Assembly (NCBI GenBank): GCA_035439005.1
Contig: DAORJJ010000001.1
Span: 182-64,181, forward strand
DNA from: Polyangiaceae bacterium
Lineage (GTDB): Bacteria; Myxococcota_A; Polyangia; Polyangiales; Polyangiaceae
Reading direction: 5' to 3'
Length of the DNA stretch: 64,000 nucleotides
The translations under genes were made by a program, and so were the position numbers. Position 1 is the stretch's first letter; the number at the start of each line of letters is the position of its first letter. The notes beneath the pieces are model-generated. The model worked only from the letters and a program-made list of their open reading frames with translations, was not told the DNA's origin and ran no database searches. Shown piece after piece: positions 44,664 to 57,216 of the stretch.

Positions 44664-45449
44664 ATGCCGCGCACGCCTCGCTCGCTTCGCACGCCTCGCT
44701 CGTCTGCCTCGTCTGCCTCGTCCGGTCTCGCACGCCTCGCGCGCTTCGCTCGCTTCGTGGCGGTCGCCGCGGTGCCGCTGAGCTCCGTGTACGCCTGCAC
44801 CACGAACGGCACCGCCATCCCCGACGAGGACGCGAGCAGCACCACGGTGCCCCGCACCGACGGCGCCTCGCCCCCCACCGACTCGGCCACCGGCGACGCG
44901 GCCCGCCCCGACGCCCCCGCCAGCTTCGACCCCACGAAGGTGTGCGCGCAAGAGCTCGAGTATTTCGCCGCGTGCAAGGCGCCGCCGAACGACATCAACT
45001 GCACCGCCGCGAAGTTCGAGGCGTGGTGCACGCTGAACCAGGCCGCCACCGACAGCGCGCAGCGGGTGCGCGCGCGCGCCGCGTGCCTCGACGTGAAGCA
45101 CTGCGATCCGAACCTCCTGAAGGACTGCCTCTACAAGTCGTACAACACGCAGCAGCAGACCCCGGCGCAGGCGAAGCTCGTGGCCGACTACTGCGCCACC
45201 TGCGAGCCCGGCGACGGCACCTGCCCGACCCGCAAGATCGCCTACGACGCGGCCAAGGGCCCAAACTCCATCGACGACGTGTACCTCGCCGCGTGGGAGC
45301 TCTCGGAGGCGCTCACCGTGGCCATCGACCAGAAGTGCACCGGCCCCGCCATCGCCGACGCGGGCGCCGACGCGGGCAGCTGCCAGAAGCGCTTCGGCAA
45401 CTGCGCGGGCAGCCTCTTCGTCGACGCTCTCCCCGACTGCCCAAAATGA
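44664..45449 (+). CDS. secreted Cys-rich lipoprotein
   Basis: Repetitive basic n-region, lipobox SVYAC, and 14 Cys in the mature part. Confidence 0.5.
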   Translation: MPRTPRSLRTPRSSASSASSGLARLARFARFVAVAAVPLSSVYACTTNGTAIPDEDASSTTVPRTDGASPPTDSATGDAARPDAPASFDPTKVCAQELEYFAACKAPPNDINCTAAKFEAWCTLNQAATDSAQRVRARAACLDVKHCDPNLLKDCLYKSYNTQQQTPAQAKLVADYCATCEPGDGTCPTRKIAYDAAKGPNSIDDVYLAAWELSEALTVAIDQKCTGPAIADAGADAGSCQKRFGNCAGSLFVDALPDCPK

Positions 45450-45817
45450 GCGGGTCGGTCGACAGCGACGCGCTCTACGACCGCCTCGCAGAGATCGCCG
45501 CCCAGCTCGTCGAGGACCCGCAGCACACGGCCGTGATCGCGCGCGTGCTCGACGGGCCGCAGGGAGCGTTCGCCGAGGTGTCGGAGCTCGCGGCGCCCTC
45601 GTCGATGGTGCGCATCGAGCTCGGCCGGCTGCGGCGCCTGCACGGCATCCGCCTCATGGCCACCCACCTCCCCTGCCCCGACGGGCACCCGCACGGCCCC
45701 ACGGACGAGCCCCCGGTAGGAGTCTCCATGGTTGTATTCTACATCCCAGAGCTGGCGGCCATCGCCGAGACCGCTCTGCTCGATCGCGCGCGCATCTTCG
45801 AGCTGACGCGGTCATGA
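45446..45817 (+). CDS. hypothetical protein (123 aa)
   Basis: ATGA overlap with the upstream stop. High GC3. Confidence 0.4.
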   Translation: MSGSVDSDALYDRLAEIAAQLVEDPQHTAVIARVLDGPQGAFAEVSELAAPSSMVRIELGRLRRLHGIRLMATHLPCPDGHPHGPTDEPPVGVSMVVFYIPELAAIAETALLDRARIFELTRS

Positions 45818-47022
45818 GCGCCGCCGCCCTCGCCGCCGCCACGACGCCCGGCCCCGTGCTCATCGACGGGACGAGCACCGATCTCGAGGCCGCCGGCCAC
45901 TTCTCCGGCGGGCCGAGCTTCCTCCTCGGAGTGCTCCTCTTGCTGTGCGGGGGCGGCGCCGTCCTCGCCGCGCTCTTCGCGCACGCGCGCGCGCTCGCGG
46001 CGCGAGGCCGACGGGAGGCCGACGCCATCACCCGCCCGGGCGCCTTGTTCGCGGGCCCCTCGAAGGTGGTCCGCGGCAGGGTCTCGCTCGCCGAGGGCGC
46101 GACCGCGGCGGTGCGCGTGCTCGTCAAGCAGCGGGTGAAGAACCACACGTCGAAGAACTCGAAGTGGCACACCTGGGAGGAGACCGAGCGCGTGGTCGAG
46201 GCGCAGCCCTTCTACCTGACGCGCCTCGACGACCCGGAGGGCGGCGCCACGGCCGACGGCGGCGCCGACAGCGGTGAGACCATCCTCGTCGAGCCGAGCC
46301 ACGACGTGTTCGTGGTCGACACCCTCGAGACGCGCGCGGTGCCGAGCACCGTCACGCGGCGCGAGCGCGTGTGCGAGGTGAGCGAGGGCGAGGTCTTCTC
46401 CGCGTACGGCACCCTCGTCCGCGGCGCGCACCCGCGGGCGCGGAGCGCCTACCGCGACGGCGCCCAGGGCTGGATCCTGAAGCCGCCGCGCGCCGGCAAG
46501 ATGGTGCTCGCGTCGGGCACGATCGACGCGCGCTACAGCGGCCGCGTCTCGTTCGTGCGCGGGTGGGGCACCGTGCTCACCCTCGCGTGGGCCGTGTTCA
46601 ACCTGTTCGTCACCGTGCCCTTCCTGGCGGCCACGGCCTTCGGCGAGCACGAGATCGCCGAGGTCACCAGCCAGCGCACGTGGACCACGCGCAACAAGAA
46701 CTCGACCACGCACCACTACGCGGTGCGGGTGCTCACCGAGAGCGGCTACCGCTTCGAGCGCGAGATCTCGTCGCGCGCGTACTACCACCTCGAGAAGCAG
46801 CGCCTCGCGACGGGCGTGCGCGTGCCCGTGGTCCACGCGCTCGGGTGGGAGCGCGCCTCGTACCTCGGCGACGCGCCGACGATGAGCGGCCTCGCCCTCG
46901 TCCTCGGGCTCGTCGCCGCGGGCATCAGCGCGCTGCTCTTCTACTCGGGGTATCGCGGCGCGTACGCCTGGTACGACAAGGACCGCCTCTCCGAGCAGGG
47001 CGGCAAGGGCCACCTGCCTTGA
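45814..47022 (+). CDS. hypothetical membrane protein
   Basis: ATGA overlap with the upstream stop. It has three predicted TM helices: FLLGVLLLLCGGGAVLAALFA, TVLTLAWAVFNLFVTVPFLAA and LALVLGLVAAGISALLFY. Confidence 0.5.
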   Translation: MSAAALAAATTPGPVLIDGTSTDLEAAGHFSGGPSFLLGVLLLLCGGGAVLAALFAHARALAARGRREADAITRPGALFAGPSKVVRGRVSLAEGATAAVRVLVKQRVKNHTSKNSKWHTWEETERVVEAQPFYLTRLDDPEGGATADGGADSGETILVEPSHDVFVVDTLETRAVPSTVTRRERVCEVSEGEVFSAYGTLVRGAHPRARSAYRDGAQGWILKPPRAGKMVLASGTIDARYSGRVSFVRGWGTVLTLAWAVFNLFVTVPFLAATAFGEHEIAEVTSQRTWTTRNKNSTTHHYAVRVLTESGYRFEREISSRAYYHLEKQRLATGVRVPVVHALGWERASYLGDAPTMSGLALVLGLVAAGISALLFYSGYRGAYAWYDKDRLSEQGGKGHLP

Positions 47023-47047
47023 GCAGGCGCGCGCGCCGCGTGGCTCG

Positions 47048-48409
<1,362 letters not shown>

Positions 48410-48554
48410 GAGGCCATCGTACGCGACCTCGCAACTATTTCGTACCCCGGAAGAACATCATCACACTTGCTTGAATGTATTCATAAATTCACACGCTACT
48501 CCTTGCGATGTCGACGCCCGAGGCGCGCGCCGCGAGACGCGATAGCCTGCGCGG

Positions 48555-49754
48555 GTGAAGACCGGCACAGACCGCCTCGCGGACGATCCGCGCCTCGCCT
48601 CCCGCCTCCCCGACCGCGGCTTCGCGCTGCTCGCGCACCCCGCCTCGGTCACCGCCGACCTCGAGCACGTGAGCGCCCTGCTCGCGCGCCTCAACCGCCG
48701 CCCGCGCGTCATCCTCGGGCCCGAGCACGGCTACGGCGGCGAGGCGCAGGACATGATCGGCGTGACCGACGCACGCGATCTCCACGGCACGCCCATCCGC
48801 AGCCTCTACGGCGCCGAGCTCTCCGACCTGTCGCCGCGCCCCGAGGACCTCGAGGGCTGCGAGCTCGTGGTCATCGACCTCCAAGACGTGGGCTCGCGCT
48901 ACTACACGTTCGTGTGGACCGCGGTGCTCGTGCTCCGCGTCGCCGCGAAGCTCGGGGTGCCCACGCTCGTGCTCGACCGGCCGAACCCGCTCGGGAAGGC
49001 CCAACGCGAGGGGCGCTCGCTCGACCCGCGTTTCCGCTCCTTCGTCGGGCTCGAGCCCGTGCCGGTGCGCCACGGGCTCACGCTCGGCGAGGTGTGCGCG
49101 TGGCGCGCGGAGGTGGAGGGGCTGCCCGAGGGCGCGCTCACGATCGTGCCGTGCGAGCGCGTGGACGACGCGGCGACGGCCCGCGACTGGGACCGCCCGT
49201 TCGTGATGACCTCGCCGAACATGCCCACCAGCGAGACGGCGCTCGTGTACCCGGGCGGATGCCTCCTCGAGGGCACGAACCTCTCCGACGGGCGCGGCAC
49301 GACCCGGCCGTTCGAGCTCACCGGCGCGCCCTGGGTCGACGGCGAGCGCCTCGCGCGCGGCCTCCACGCGACGGGCCTGCCAGGCTTCCGCGCGCGCCCC
49401 GTCACGTTCCAGCCCACGTTCCACAAACACGCCGGGCAGCTCTGCGGGGGCGTGCAGGTCCACGTGACCGACGCGCGCGCGTTCCGCCCGTACGCCACGT
49501 ACCTCGCGCTCGTGGCCCTCGCGCAGCAGGCGCACCCCGAGCACTTCCGCTTCCGCACCGAGCGCTACGAGTTCGTGGACGACATCCCCGCGTTCGATCT
49601 CCTCACCGGGCGCGACGAGGCGCGCGCCCGCATCCTCGCCGGCGACGAGCCGCGCGCGATCGCGGAGGCCGAGAGCGCCCTCGGCCCCGACGACCACGCG
49701 ACGGTCGCCCTCGCCGAGCGCGCGGCGAAGGCGCGGCACGTGCGCCTCGCCTGA
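48555..49754 (+). CDS. DUF1343 / NamZ-like exo-beta-N-acetylmuramidase family protein
   Basis: GTG start. GPEHGYGGEAQD...IRSLYG...VIDLQDVGSRYYTFVWT...LDRPNPLG are DUF1343 signatures. Confidence 0.8.
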   Translation: MKTGTDRLADDPRLASRLPDRGFALLAHPASVTADLEHVSALLARLNRRPRVILGPEHGYGGEAQDMIGVTDARDLHGTPIRSLYGAELSDLSPRPEDLEGCELVVIDLQDVGSRYYTFVWTAVLVLRVAAKLGVPTLVLDRPNPLGKAQREGRSLDPRFRSFVGLEPVPVRHGLTLGEVCAWRAEVEGLPEGALTIVPCERVDDAATARDWDRPFVMTSPNMPTSETALVYPGGCLLEGTNLSDGRGTTRPFELTGAPWVDGERLARGLHATGLPGFRARPVTFQPTFHKHAGQLCGGVQVHVTDARAFRPYATYLALVALAQQAHPEHFRFRTERYEFVDDIPAFDLLTGRDEARARILAGDEPRAIAEAESALGPDDHATVALAERAAKARHVRLA

Positions 49755-49782
49755 CGAGCGACGCGACGCCCCGACCACGCGC

Positions 49783-50136
49783 TCACACGAGGCCAAACTC
49801 GCGCAGAGTGAGGCCGACCACCACGCTGGCCGCGTTCGCCAGGAGCGACAGGAGGCAGGCGCGACGCCACGGCACGCGGACCGTGAGCGCGAGGAACGCA
49901 GCCTCCACCGCCCACGCGAACGCCTCGGAGACCGCGGCCATCTGGAGGTAGCTCACGCCGTGCTCCTGCAGCCTCGGGAACGCGAACCACACGAACGGGT
50001 GGGTGATCGCGGAGGGCGCGAGCGCGGCCCACACCGGGACCCGCCCCACGCGGCGGTAGATGGGCGCCTCGACGGCCTGCGTCAGGACGAAGGCGCGCGC
50101 CCACGCGGCGATGTACGCCGGCTGAAAGAGGTCCAC
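49783..50136 (-). CDS. small hydrophobic membrane protein
   Basis: GTG at 50134-50136 gives 117 aa with 3-4 hydrophobic helices. The upstream part of the track ORF is junk. Confidence 0.35.
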   Translation of the reverse strand: MDLFQPAYIAAWARAFVLTQAVEAPIYRRVGRVPVWAALAPSAITHPFVWFAFPRLQEHGVSYLQMAAVSEAFAWAVEAAFLALTVRVPWRRACLLSLLANAASVVVGLTLREFGLV

Positions 50137-50188
50137 GCGCCCGAGCCTACCAGGCCCGCCGCGCCGCCGCGGTGGTACACTCGTACCC

Positions 50189-51220
50189 GTGAGCCGCATC
50201 ACCGTCATCGGGGCCGGGGCCTGGGGAACCGCGATCGCCACGCACCTCGCGCGGCGTCGCCACGACGTCACGCTCTGGGCGCACGAGCCGGAGGTCGCGC
50301 GCGACGTGCGCGAGGCGCGCGAGAACAAGCTGTATCTTCCAGGTATCGAGCTGCCGGCTTCGCTCCGCGTGAGCCACGACTACGCGGAGGCCCTCGCTGG
50401 CGCGGAGATCGTGGTGCTCGTGCCGCCCTCGGCGTTCTTCCGCGACATCGTGGGGCACGTGGCGCCCCTGCTCGGCGCGGAGGCGCGCGTGCTCGTGGCC
50501 ACCAAGGGCCTCGATGAGGGCTCGCTGAAGCTGATGAGCGAGGTGCTCGCCGAGTGCGCGCCGTCGCTCGAGCCCTCACGCGTCGCCTTCATGTCGGGGC
50601 CGAATTTCGCGAAGGAGGTGGCGAGCGGCCTGCCCACCGACTCGGTGGTGGCGTCGAGCGACCTCGCCTGCGCCGAGGCCCTCCAGGAGGCGCTGCACTC
50701 GCCCACGTTCCGCGTGTACACGAGCACAGATCCGGTGGGCGTCCAGGTGGGTGGCGCCATCAAGAACGTCATCGCGGTGGCCACGGGCACGTGCGACGGC
50801 CTCGGGCTCGGGCTCAACGCGCGGGCCGCGCTCATGACGCGCGGCCTCTCCGAGATGGCGCGCCTCGGCGTCGCCCTCGGCGCCGATCCCCTCACGTTCA
50901 TGGGCATGGCGGGCATGGGCGATCTGGTCCTCACGTGCACCGGCGCCCTGTCGCGCAACCGCACGCTCGGGCTCAAGGTGGCCGAGGGCGTCGATCCGGC
51001 GGAGTACGTCCGGTCCCAGCGCAGCGTGGCCGAGGGCTACAACACGTCGGCCGCGGCCCACGCGCTCGGCGCCAAGCTCGGCGTCGAGATGCCCATCACC
51101 GACGAGGTGTTCGCGGTGCTCCACGAGGGGCGCCCGCTCGGCGAGGCGCTGAAGAACCTGCTCGTCCGCGGCTCCAAGTCCGAGCTCTACGGGATCGCTC
51201 TGCCCAGCGCGCCGCCGTAG
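50189..51220 (+). CDS. gpsA: NAD(P)H-dependent glycerol-3-phosphate dehydrogenase
   Basis: ITVIGAGAWGTAIA, ENKLYLPG, SGPNFAKEV, GGAIKNVIAVA and GDLVLTCTG..SRNR are all GpsA motifs. Confidence 0.9.
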   Translation: MSRITVIGAGAWGTAIATHLARRRHDVTLWAHEPEVARDVREARENKLYLPGIELPASLRVSHDYAEALAGAEIVVLVPPSAFFRDIVGHVAPLLGAEARVLVATKGLDEGSLKLMSEVLAECAPSLEPSRVAFMSGPNFAKEVASGLPTDSVVASSDLACAEALQEALHSPTFRVYTSTDPVGVQVGGAIKNVIAVATGTCDGLGLGLNARAALMTRGLSEMARLGVALGADPLTFMGMAGMGDLVLTCTGALSRNRTLGLKVAEGVDPAEYVRSQRSVAEGYNTSAAAHALGAKLGVEMPITDEVFAVLHEGRPLGEALKNLLVRGSKSELYGIALPSAPP

Positions 51221-51282
51221 CTCGCCCCGCGCCCGCTCGCAGAAAAGATGACGGTGGGCCAAAATAGTTCGAGAAGAGGGTC

Positions 51283-52134
51283 ATGCGCCCCGCTCGCGCC
51301 ACGCCATCCCCGCTCCCGCGCTCGCTGCCCCGCGCGCCCGCGGCCGCGTGGGCGCTGGCCGTCGCTTGGGGCTTCCTCGCGTGCGGGTGCCGCGCGGGGC
51401 GAGGCGCGGACGAAGACGCCGAGGCGCTCCCCGCGAGCGCGGCGGTGGCCCACGAGGCGGAGGCGCCGCGCGCCGTCACGCCCCACACGCGCGAGGCGGC
51501 CGAGGCCGCGGGAGAGCGCTTCGTCGCCGACTGGTTCTCGTTCGCGCTGGCCGACGTGACGCTGTCGCTGTTCGATCTCCACGGCACGCGCGATCTCCAG
51601 GCGGCCCTTGGCGGCCGCGGCGCGCTCTTCGCCACGAACGCCGGCTTCTTCGACACGCGCGACGCGCCGCTCGGGCTCTCGGTGAGCGGCGGCGTCCGGC
51701 GCTCGCGGTTCTCTCGGCCACTCTCCGGCGGCGTGCTCGAGGTCACGGGCGCCCAGGCCGCCGTGCTCGAGACCGAGGCCTACGACGCCGCGCGCGCGCC
51801 CGAGTTCGCGGTGCAGTGCCGGCCGCGGCTCGTGGTCGCGGGCAAGGCGAACGTGCGCCGCGACGACGGCAAGCGCGCGGAGCGCACCGCCGTGTGCCTG
51901 CGCGACGGCGGCCGCACCGTCGCGTTCGTGCTCGCGAAGGACGCCGAGCGGGGCCCCTCTCTCTACGCGCTCGGCCGCTACCTCGAGGCGAAGGGCTGCG
52001 GCGACGCGCTCTCGCTCGACGGCGGCCCGTCTACCGGTGCGGCCTTCCTCGGCCCCCGCGGCCGCGAGGAGCTCGCCCTGCGCGGGCCCATCCAGCAAGC
52101 CATCGTCGTCTCCGCGCGCGAGCCCGCGCCGTGA
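51283..52134 (+). CDS. phosphodiester glycosidase family (DUF2233) lipoprotein
   Basis: Lipobox FLACGC, then ATNAGFF, RTAVCL and LSLDGGPST. Confidence 0.65.
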   Translation: MRPARATPSPLPRSLPRAPAAAWALAVAWGFLACGCRAGRGADEDAEALPASAAVAHEAEAPRAVTPHTREAAEAAGERFVADWFSFALADVTLSLFDLHGTRDLQAALGGRGALFATNAGFFDTRDAPLGLSVSGGVRRSRFSRPLSGGVLEVTGAQAAVLETEAYDAARAPEFAVQCRPRLVVAGKANVRRDDGKRAERTAVCLRDGGRTVAFVLAKDAERGPSLYALGRYLEAKGCGDALSLDGGPSTGAAFLGPRGREELALRGPIQQAIVVSAREPAP

Positions 52135-52159
52135 GCCGCCCCGTCGTGAGGAGCCCTCC

Positions 52160-54691
52160 ATGAGCCGCAAGAGCCTGTCCTGCACGCCCCGCGCGCGCCT
52201 CGCGCCCCGCGGCGTCACCGCGTCCATCGCGCTGGCGCTCGCCGCGCTCCACTGCCGGGAGGCCCCGCCCTCTCCGATCACGCCACGCGCGCCCCTCGCG
52301 GCGCCGCCCGCCGACGCCGCGGCCGCCGCGCCGGCCAGGCCTCACGCCCTCGAGAGCCACCGGCGCGCGCCCCACGCGTACGGCCGCGCGGGCGATCTCG
52401 TCGTGCCGACGTCACGTGCATTCTACACTTTTTCGGCCCTCGAGGACGGGGCCGGCAAGAAGCCCCTCCGTGGGGCGCTCCTCGACGCCGATCTGGACGC
52501 GCGCGACGACGAGGATCCGCTCCTGTGGCTCCGCCCCGCCTGGGCCGCCCCCGACGGCGCATTGCACGCGCTGGTCGCGGCGCCGAGGGAGATCGCCTGC
52601 GCCGGCGGCGCGCGCGGCGTCGAGGTGACAGGCACCGTCGACGGCGTCGCGCTCACCTCCACCGCGTGCCCCGCGCCCGACGGCGCGCTCACGCTCACCC
52701 TGCGCGCGGACGGGCTCCCGGCGGGCGCCAAGCTCGCGCAGGAGCTCGGCCCGGGCCCCTCTCCCGTCGTCCTCGACCAAGGCGGCGCGGCGTGGGAGGG
52801 CACGCTCCCGTTCGCCGCCCTCGCCGTCGAGGGGCCTCGCAGCACGCTGGTGCTCGAGGCCGCGGGGCGCGCGACCCGCCGCCTCGTGCACATCGCGAAG
52901 GAGGTCTTCCCGAGCCCCGTCGCGCTCACCTACGAGGGAGCGCTCGCCACCGTGCGCGTGAGCCTCGTCGCGGAGAGGCCCGCCACGGCGCTCGGAGCGC
53001 TCACCTTCCCGACCGTCGCGCTCACGCTGCGCATGCCCGGCGCGCGCGGTTCGGCGCTCTTCCTCGACGCGGACGGCGCCCCGATCAGCCGCCTCGACGT
53101 GCCCGAAGAGGGCGCGAAGCTGCGCGTCCCCGCGGGGTTCGCCGCGGAGGTCGTGCTCCGCGACGCCTCGGGCCAGCGCTGCGCGCGCGCGCGGCTGGGC
53201 GATCCGGCGCTCGGGGCGGCGGTCTGCCCGCGGGCGGCGCGGCTGTCGCTCGCGGTGCGCCTCGCCGGCCCGGACGGCGCCGTCCCCGCGCCGTTCCACG
53301 CGCTCGTCTACGGCGAGGACGGCACCCCCGATCCCGAGCTCGTCGATCTCGGGCCTCGCGGCGACAAGCTGGCGCGTGTGGCGGAGCGCAACAACCTGTA
53401 CTCGCTCGACGGCGGCGGCGAGCTCGGCCTCCCCCCGGGCAGCTACCACGTGCTCGTCGCGCGCGGCCTCGAGAGCACGATGGAGGAGCGGCACCTGAAG
53501 CTCGCTGCCGGGGCCACCGAGCGGCTCGCGCTCGACCTGCGCCGCGTGCTGCCGAGCGACGTGGTCTCGGCCGATTTCCACCTGCACGCCTCGCCGAGCC
53601 CCGACTCCACCGTGTCGCTCGCGCAGCGCGTGACGACGCTCGCGTGCGAGGGGCTCGCGTTCGCCGTGGCGACCGACCACAACCGGATCACCGACTACGC
53701 CCCCGCGATGGGCCAGCTCGCGCCGACGCCGCCGTCGCTCCTGCCCGGGCTCGCGATCGGCGACGAGATCACCTCCTCCGGCGCGCGCCTCTGGGGGCAC
53801 TTCAACGCCTACCCCCTCCCCGCGGCCACGCTCGCCCCGGAGGACGCCGCGATCCCCTATTTCGACGTCGCCCCGCGCGAGCTGTTCGCGGGCGCGCGGC
53901 GTGCGGGCGCCGCGATCGTGCAGGTGAACCACCCGCGCATGCCGCCGCGCATCGGCTACTTCAACCAGGCCGAGCTCGACGCTACGACCGGGCGCGCGGG
54001 CGCCGAGTTCTCCGAGGACTTCGACGCCGTCGAGGCCCACAACGGCATCTGGCTCGAGTCGCCGGAGCGGGTGCGCGAGGCGCTGCGCGACCTCGTGGGC
54101 CTCGCGCGCCGCGGCAAGAAGGTGGCCGCCACCGGCAACAGCGACTCGCACAAGCTCGTGCTCGAGGAGCCGGGTTACCCGCGCACGTTCGTGCTGCTCG
54201 ACCCCAAGACCGCGACGCGCGAGCCCCTGGAGCAGCGCGTGATCACGGCCGTCAAGCAGCGCCACACGGTGGTGAGCTCGGGCGCCTTCATCGACGCGCG
54301 CCTCGACGGGATGCTGCCTGGCGACGTGGTCACGCCGCGTGGAAAGACGATGAAGCTCCACGTGCGCGTGGTCGCGCCCGCGTGGGTGCCCGTCGAGACG
54401 GTGGAGATCTGGCTCGACGACGGCGTGGCGCGGTCCTTCGCTGTCACCGCCGCCGCCGCGGGCGACGGCGTGCGCTTCGAGGCCGACGTGACGCTCCCGG
54501 TGGAGCGCGACCGCGACCGGACAGTGACCGTATGGGTCGAGGCGAAGCGCCCGCTGCCACGCGTGCTCCACGAGGCCGACGCGCGGGCCATCGCCTTCGC
54601 GACGCCCTTCTACGTGGACGCGGACCGCGACGGACAGGTGCGCATTGGGCCCGCAGGACCGCACGGACCGAAGCGCGCGAGAGAAAAGTAA
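52160..54691 (+). CDS. CehA/McbA-family (PHP-domain) metallohydrolase, secreted
   Basis: ATG at 52160 preceded by GAGGAG. ADFHLHASPSPDS, VATDHN, GHFNAYP, VNHP and GNSDSHK are PHP-type metal ligand motifs in the C-terminal half. Confidence 0.6.
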   Translation: MSRKSLSCTPRARLAPRGVTASIALALAALHCREAPPSPITPRAPLAAPPADAAAAAPARPHALESHRRAPHAYGRAGDLVVPTSRAFYTFSALEDGAGKKPLRGALLDADLDARDDEDPLLWLRPAWAAPDGALHALVAAPREIACAGGARGVEVTGTVDGVALTSTACPAPDGALTLTLRADGLPAGAKLAQELGPGPSPVVLDQGGAAWEGTLPFAALAVEGPRSTLVLEAAGRATRRLVHIAKEVFPSPVALTYEGALATVRVSLVAERPATALGALTFPTVALTLRMPGARGSALFLDADGAPISRLDVPEEGAKLRVPAGFAAEVVLRDASGQRCARARLGDPALGAAVCPRAARLSLAVRLAGPDGAVPAPFHALVYGEDGTPDPELVDLGPRGDKLARVAERNNLYSLDGGGELGLPPGSYHVLVARGLESTMEERHLKLAAGATERLALDLRRVLPSDVVSADFHLHASPSPDSTVSLAQRVTTLACEGLAFAVATDHNRITDYAPAMGQLAPTPPSLLPGLAIGDEITSSGARLWGHFNAYPLPAATLAPEDAAIPYFDVAPRELFAGARRAGAAIVQVNHPRMPPRIGYFNQAELDATTGRAGAEFSEDFDAVEAHNGIWLESPERVREALRDLVGLARRGKKVAATGNSDSHKLVLEEPGYPRTFVLLDPKTATREPLEQRVITAVKQRHTVVSSGAFIDARLDGMLPGDVVTPRGKTMKLHVRVVAPAWVPVETVEIWLDDGVARSFAVTAAAAGDGVRFEADVTLPVERDRDRTVTVWVEAKRPLPRVLHEADARAIAFATPFYVDADRDGQVRIGPAGPHGPKRAREK

Positions 54692-54808
54692 CCACGCGGG
54701 CGCGACGCGCCATCGTCACGCGCCCGCTACGACGATTTATCGTGCTCGAGACCGAAGTTCGACGCGGATGGAATGCGGGCGTCACCGTGGCGCCTCATGC
54801 TGTGAGTC

Positions 54809-55882
54809 ATGCGATGGCGTCCTCTCTTGGTCGGTCTGCTGGGCCTGTCCGTGGTCGGACACGGGGCCGGCCACGCGCTGGCCGAGCCGCGCGTCCCCGA
54901 GGTCCAGTCGGCGTTCTCGCGCACGCTCCCGCGGGGTCGGGTGCTGGCGCGCACCTCGCCCGAGCCGGTGGTCATCGTCGCGATCGACGGCGCGCGGCCG
55001 CGCGAGGTCTTCGAGGGCGAAGACCCGGCGCGCGTCCATGGTCGCCCGCCTCGCTCGGGCCGCGAGCTCATGCCCAACTTGTACGCGCTCGCCGACGTGG
55101 GCCGGCTCTTGGGGAGCGACGAGGCGGTCGTGGCCTCGGGCCCGGCGTACGTCTCGCTGCCGGGCTACACCGAGATGTTCACGGGGGCGCCCGGCCGCTG
55201 CGCCTCGAATGACTGCGGCCGCACGCGAGCGCCGACGCTGGTTGACGCGGCGGTCCTCGCGGGCCTGCGCGCGTCGGTCGTGACCTCGTGGGAGCGAATC
55301 TGCCTCGCCGCCGCGCAGGATCCCGACCTGCTCGACGCGTCGTGCGGGCGGCACGAGGGCCACCTCGACTCCGAAGGCGACGCGCTGATCGAGGCGCTCC
55401 TCGAGCGCGACGCGGGGCTCTCGCCGCTGCCCGGCGCCGCCGACTACCGCCCCGACTGGGCCACCGCGGAGCTCGCGATCCGCGTGCTGGAGGCGAAGCG
55501 CCCCGACGTGCTCTTCGTCGGGCTGGGCGACACCGACGAGCTCGCGCACGCCGGGAACTACGCCGGCTACGTCGCCGCGCTGGTCCGCGCCGACGCGTTC
55601 CTCGGCGCCCTGCGCGCCACGCTCGCCGCCGAGGGCGCGCGCGGACGGAACACGACCGTGATGGTCGTGACGGACCACGGGCGCTCGCACGGCTTCCGGG
55701 ACCACGGCGCGGCGTTCCCCGAGTCGCGGTTCGGGTTCTTGCTCGTGTCGGGCCCGCGCGTGCCCCGCGGCGAGGGCCCGGGCGCCGACGTGACGCTCGC
55801 CGACGTGGGCCGCGGCGCCGGCCGCTTGCTCGGCGTCGGCGGCGAGGACACGCCGTTCACCGAGTGGCTCACGAGCCGCTGA
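54809..55882 (+). CDS. alkaline-phosphatase-superfamily protein (type I phosphodiesterase/nucleotide pyrophosphatase-like)
   Basis: Signal peptide, then VIVAIDGARP, LPGYTEMFTG, DTDELAHAGNY and VVTDHG. Confidence 0.65.
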   Translation: MRWRPLLVGLLGLSVVGHGAGHALAEPRVPEVQSAFSRTLPRGRVLARTSPEPVVIVAIDGARPREVFEGEDPARVHGRPPRSGRELMPNLYALADVGRLLGSDEAVVASGPAYVSLPGYTEMFTGAPGRCASNDCGRTRAPTLVDAAVLAGLRASVVTSWERICLAAAQDPDLLDASCGRHEGHLDSEGDALIEALLERDAGLSPLPGAADYRPDWATAELAIRVLEAKRPDVLFVGLGDTDELAHAGNYAGYVAALVRADAFLGALRATLAAEGARGRNTTVMVVTDHGRSHGFRDHGAAFPESRFGFLLVSGPRVPRGEGPGADVTLADVGRGAGRLLGVGGEDTPFTEWLTSR

Positions 55883-56001
55883 GCCGACTCTCCCAAGAAG
55901 GTACGGGTTCGTCACGAGCGCGACACATTCCTCGGGTCTATTGCGCCCGCACGGCGGTCGGCGACGGAACGTCCCCGCCCACCGCTGGACCAGGAGTCGA
56001 G

Positions 56002-57212
<1,211 letters not shown>

Positions 57213-57216
<4 letters not shown>

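Noticed and set aside
44664-44760. Imperfect tandem repeats (cgcacgcctcgctcg... / gtctgcctc gtctgcctc) at the 5' end of the lipoprotein gene.
   Set aside because: They encode a low-complexity basic n-region (PRTPRSLRTPRSSASSASS) of a signal peptide. This is probably slippage-prone but functionally unremarkable.
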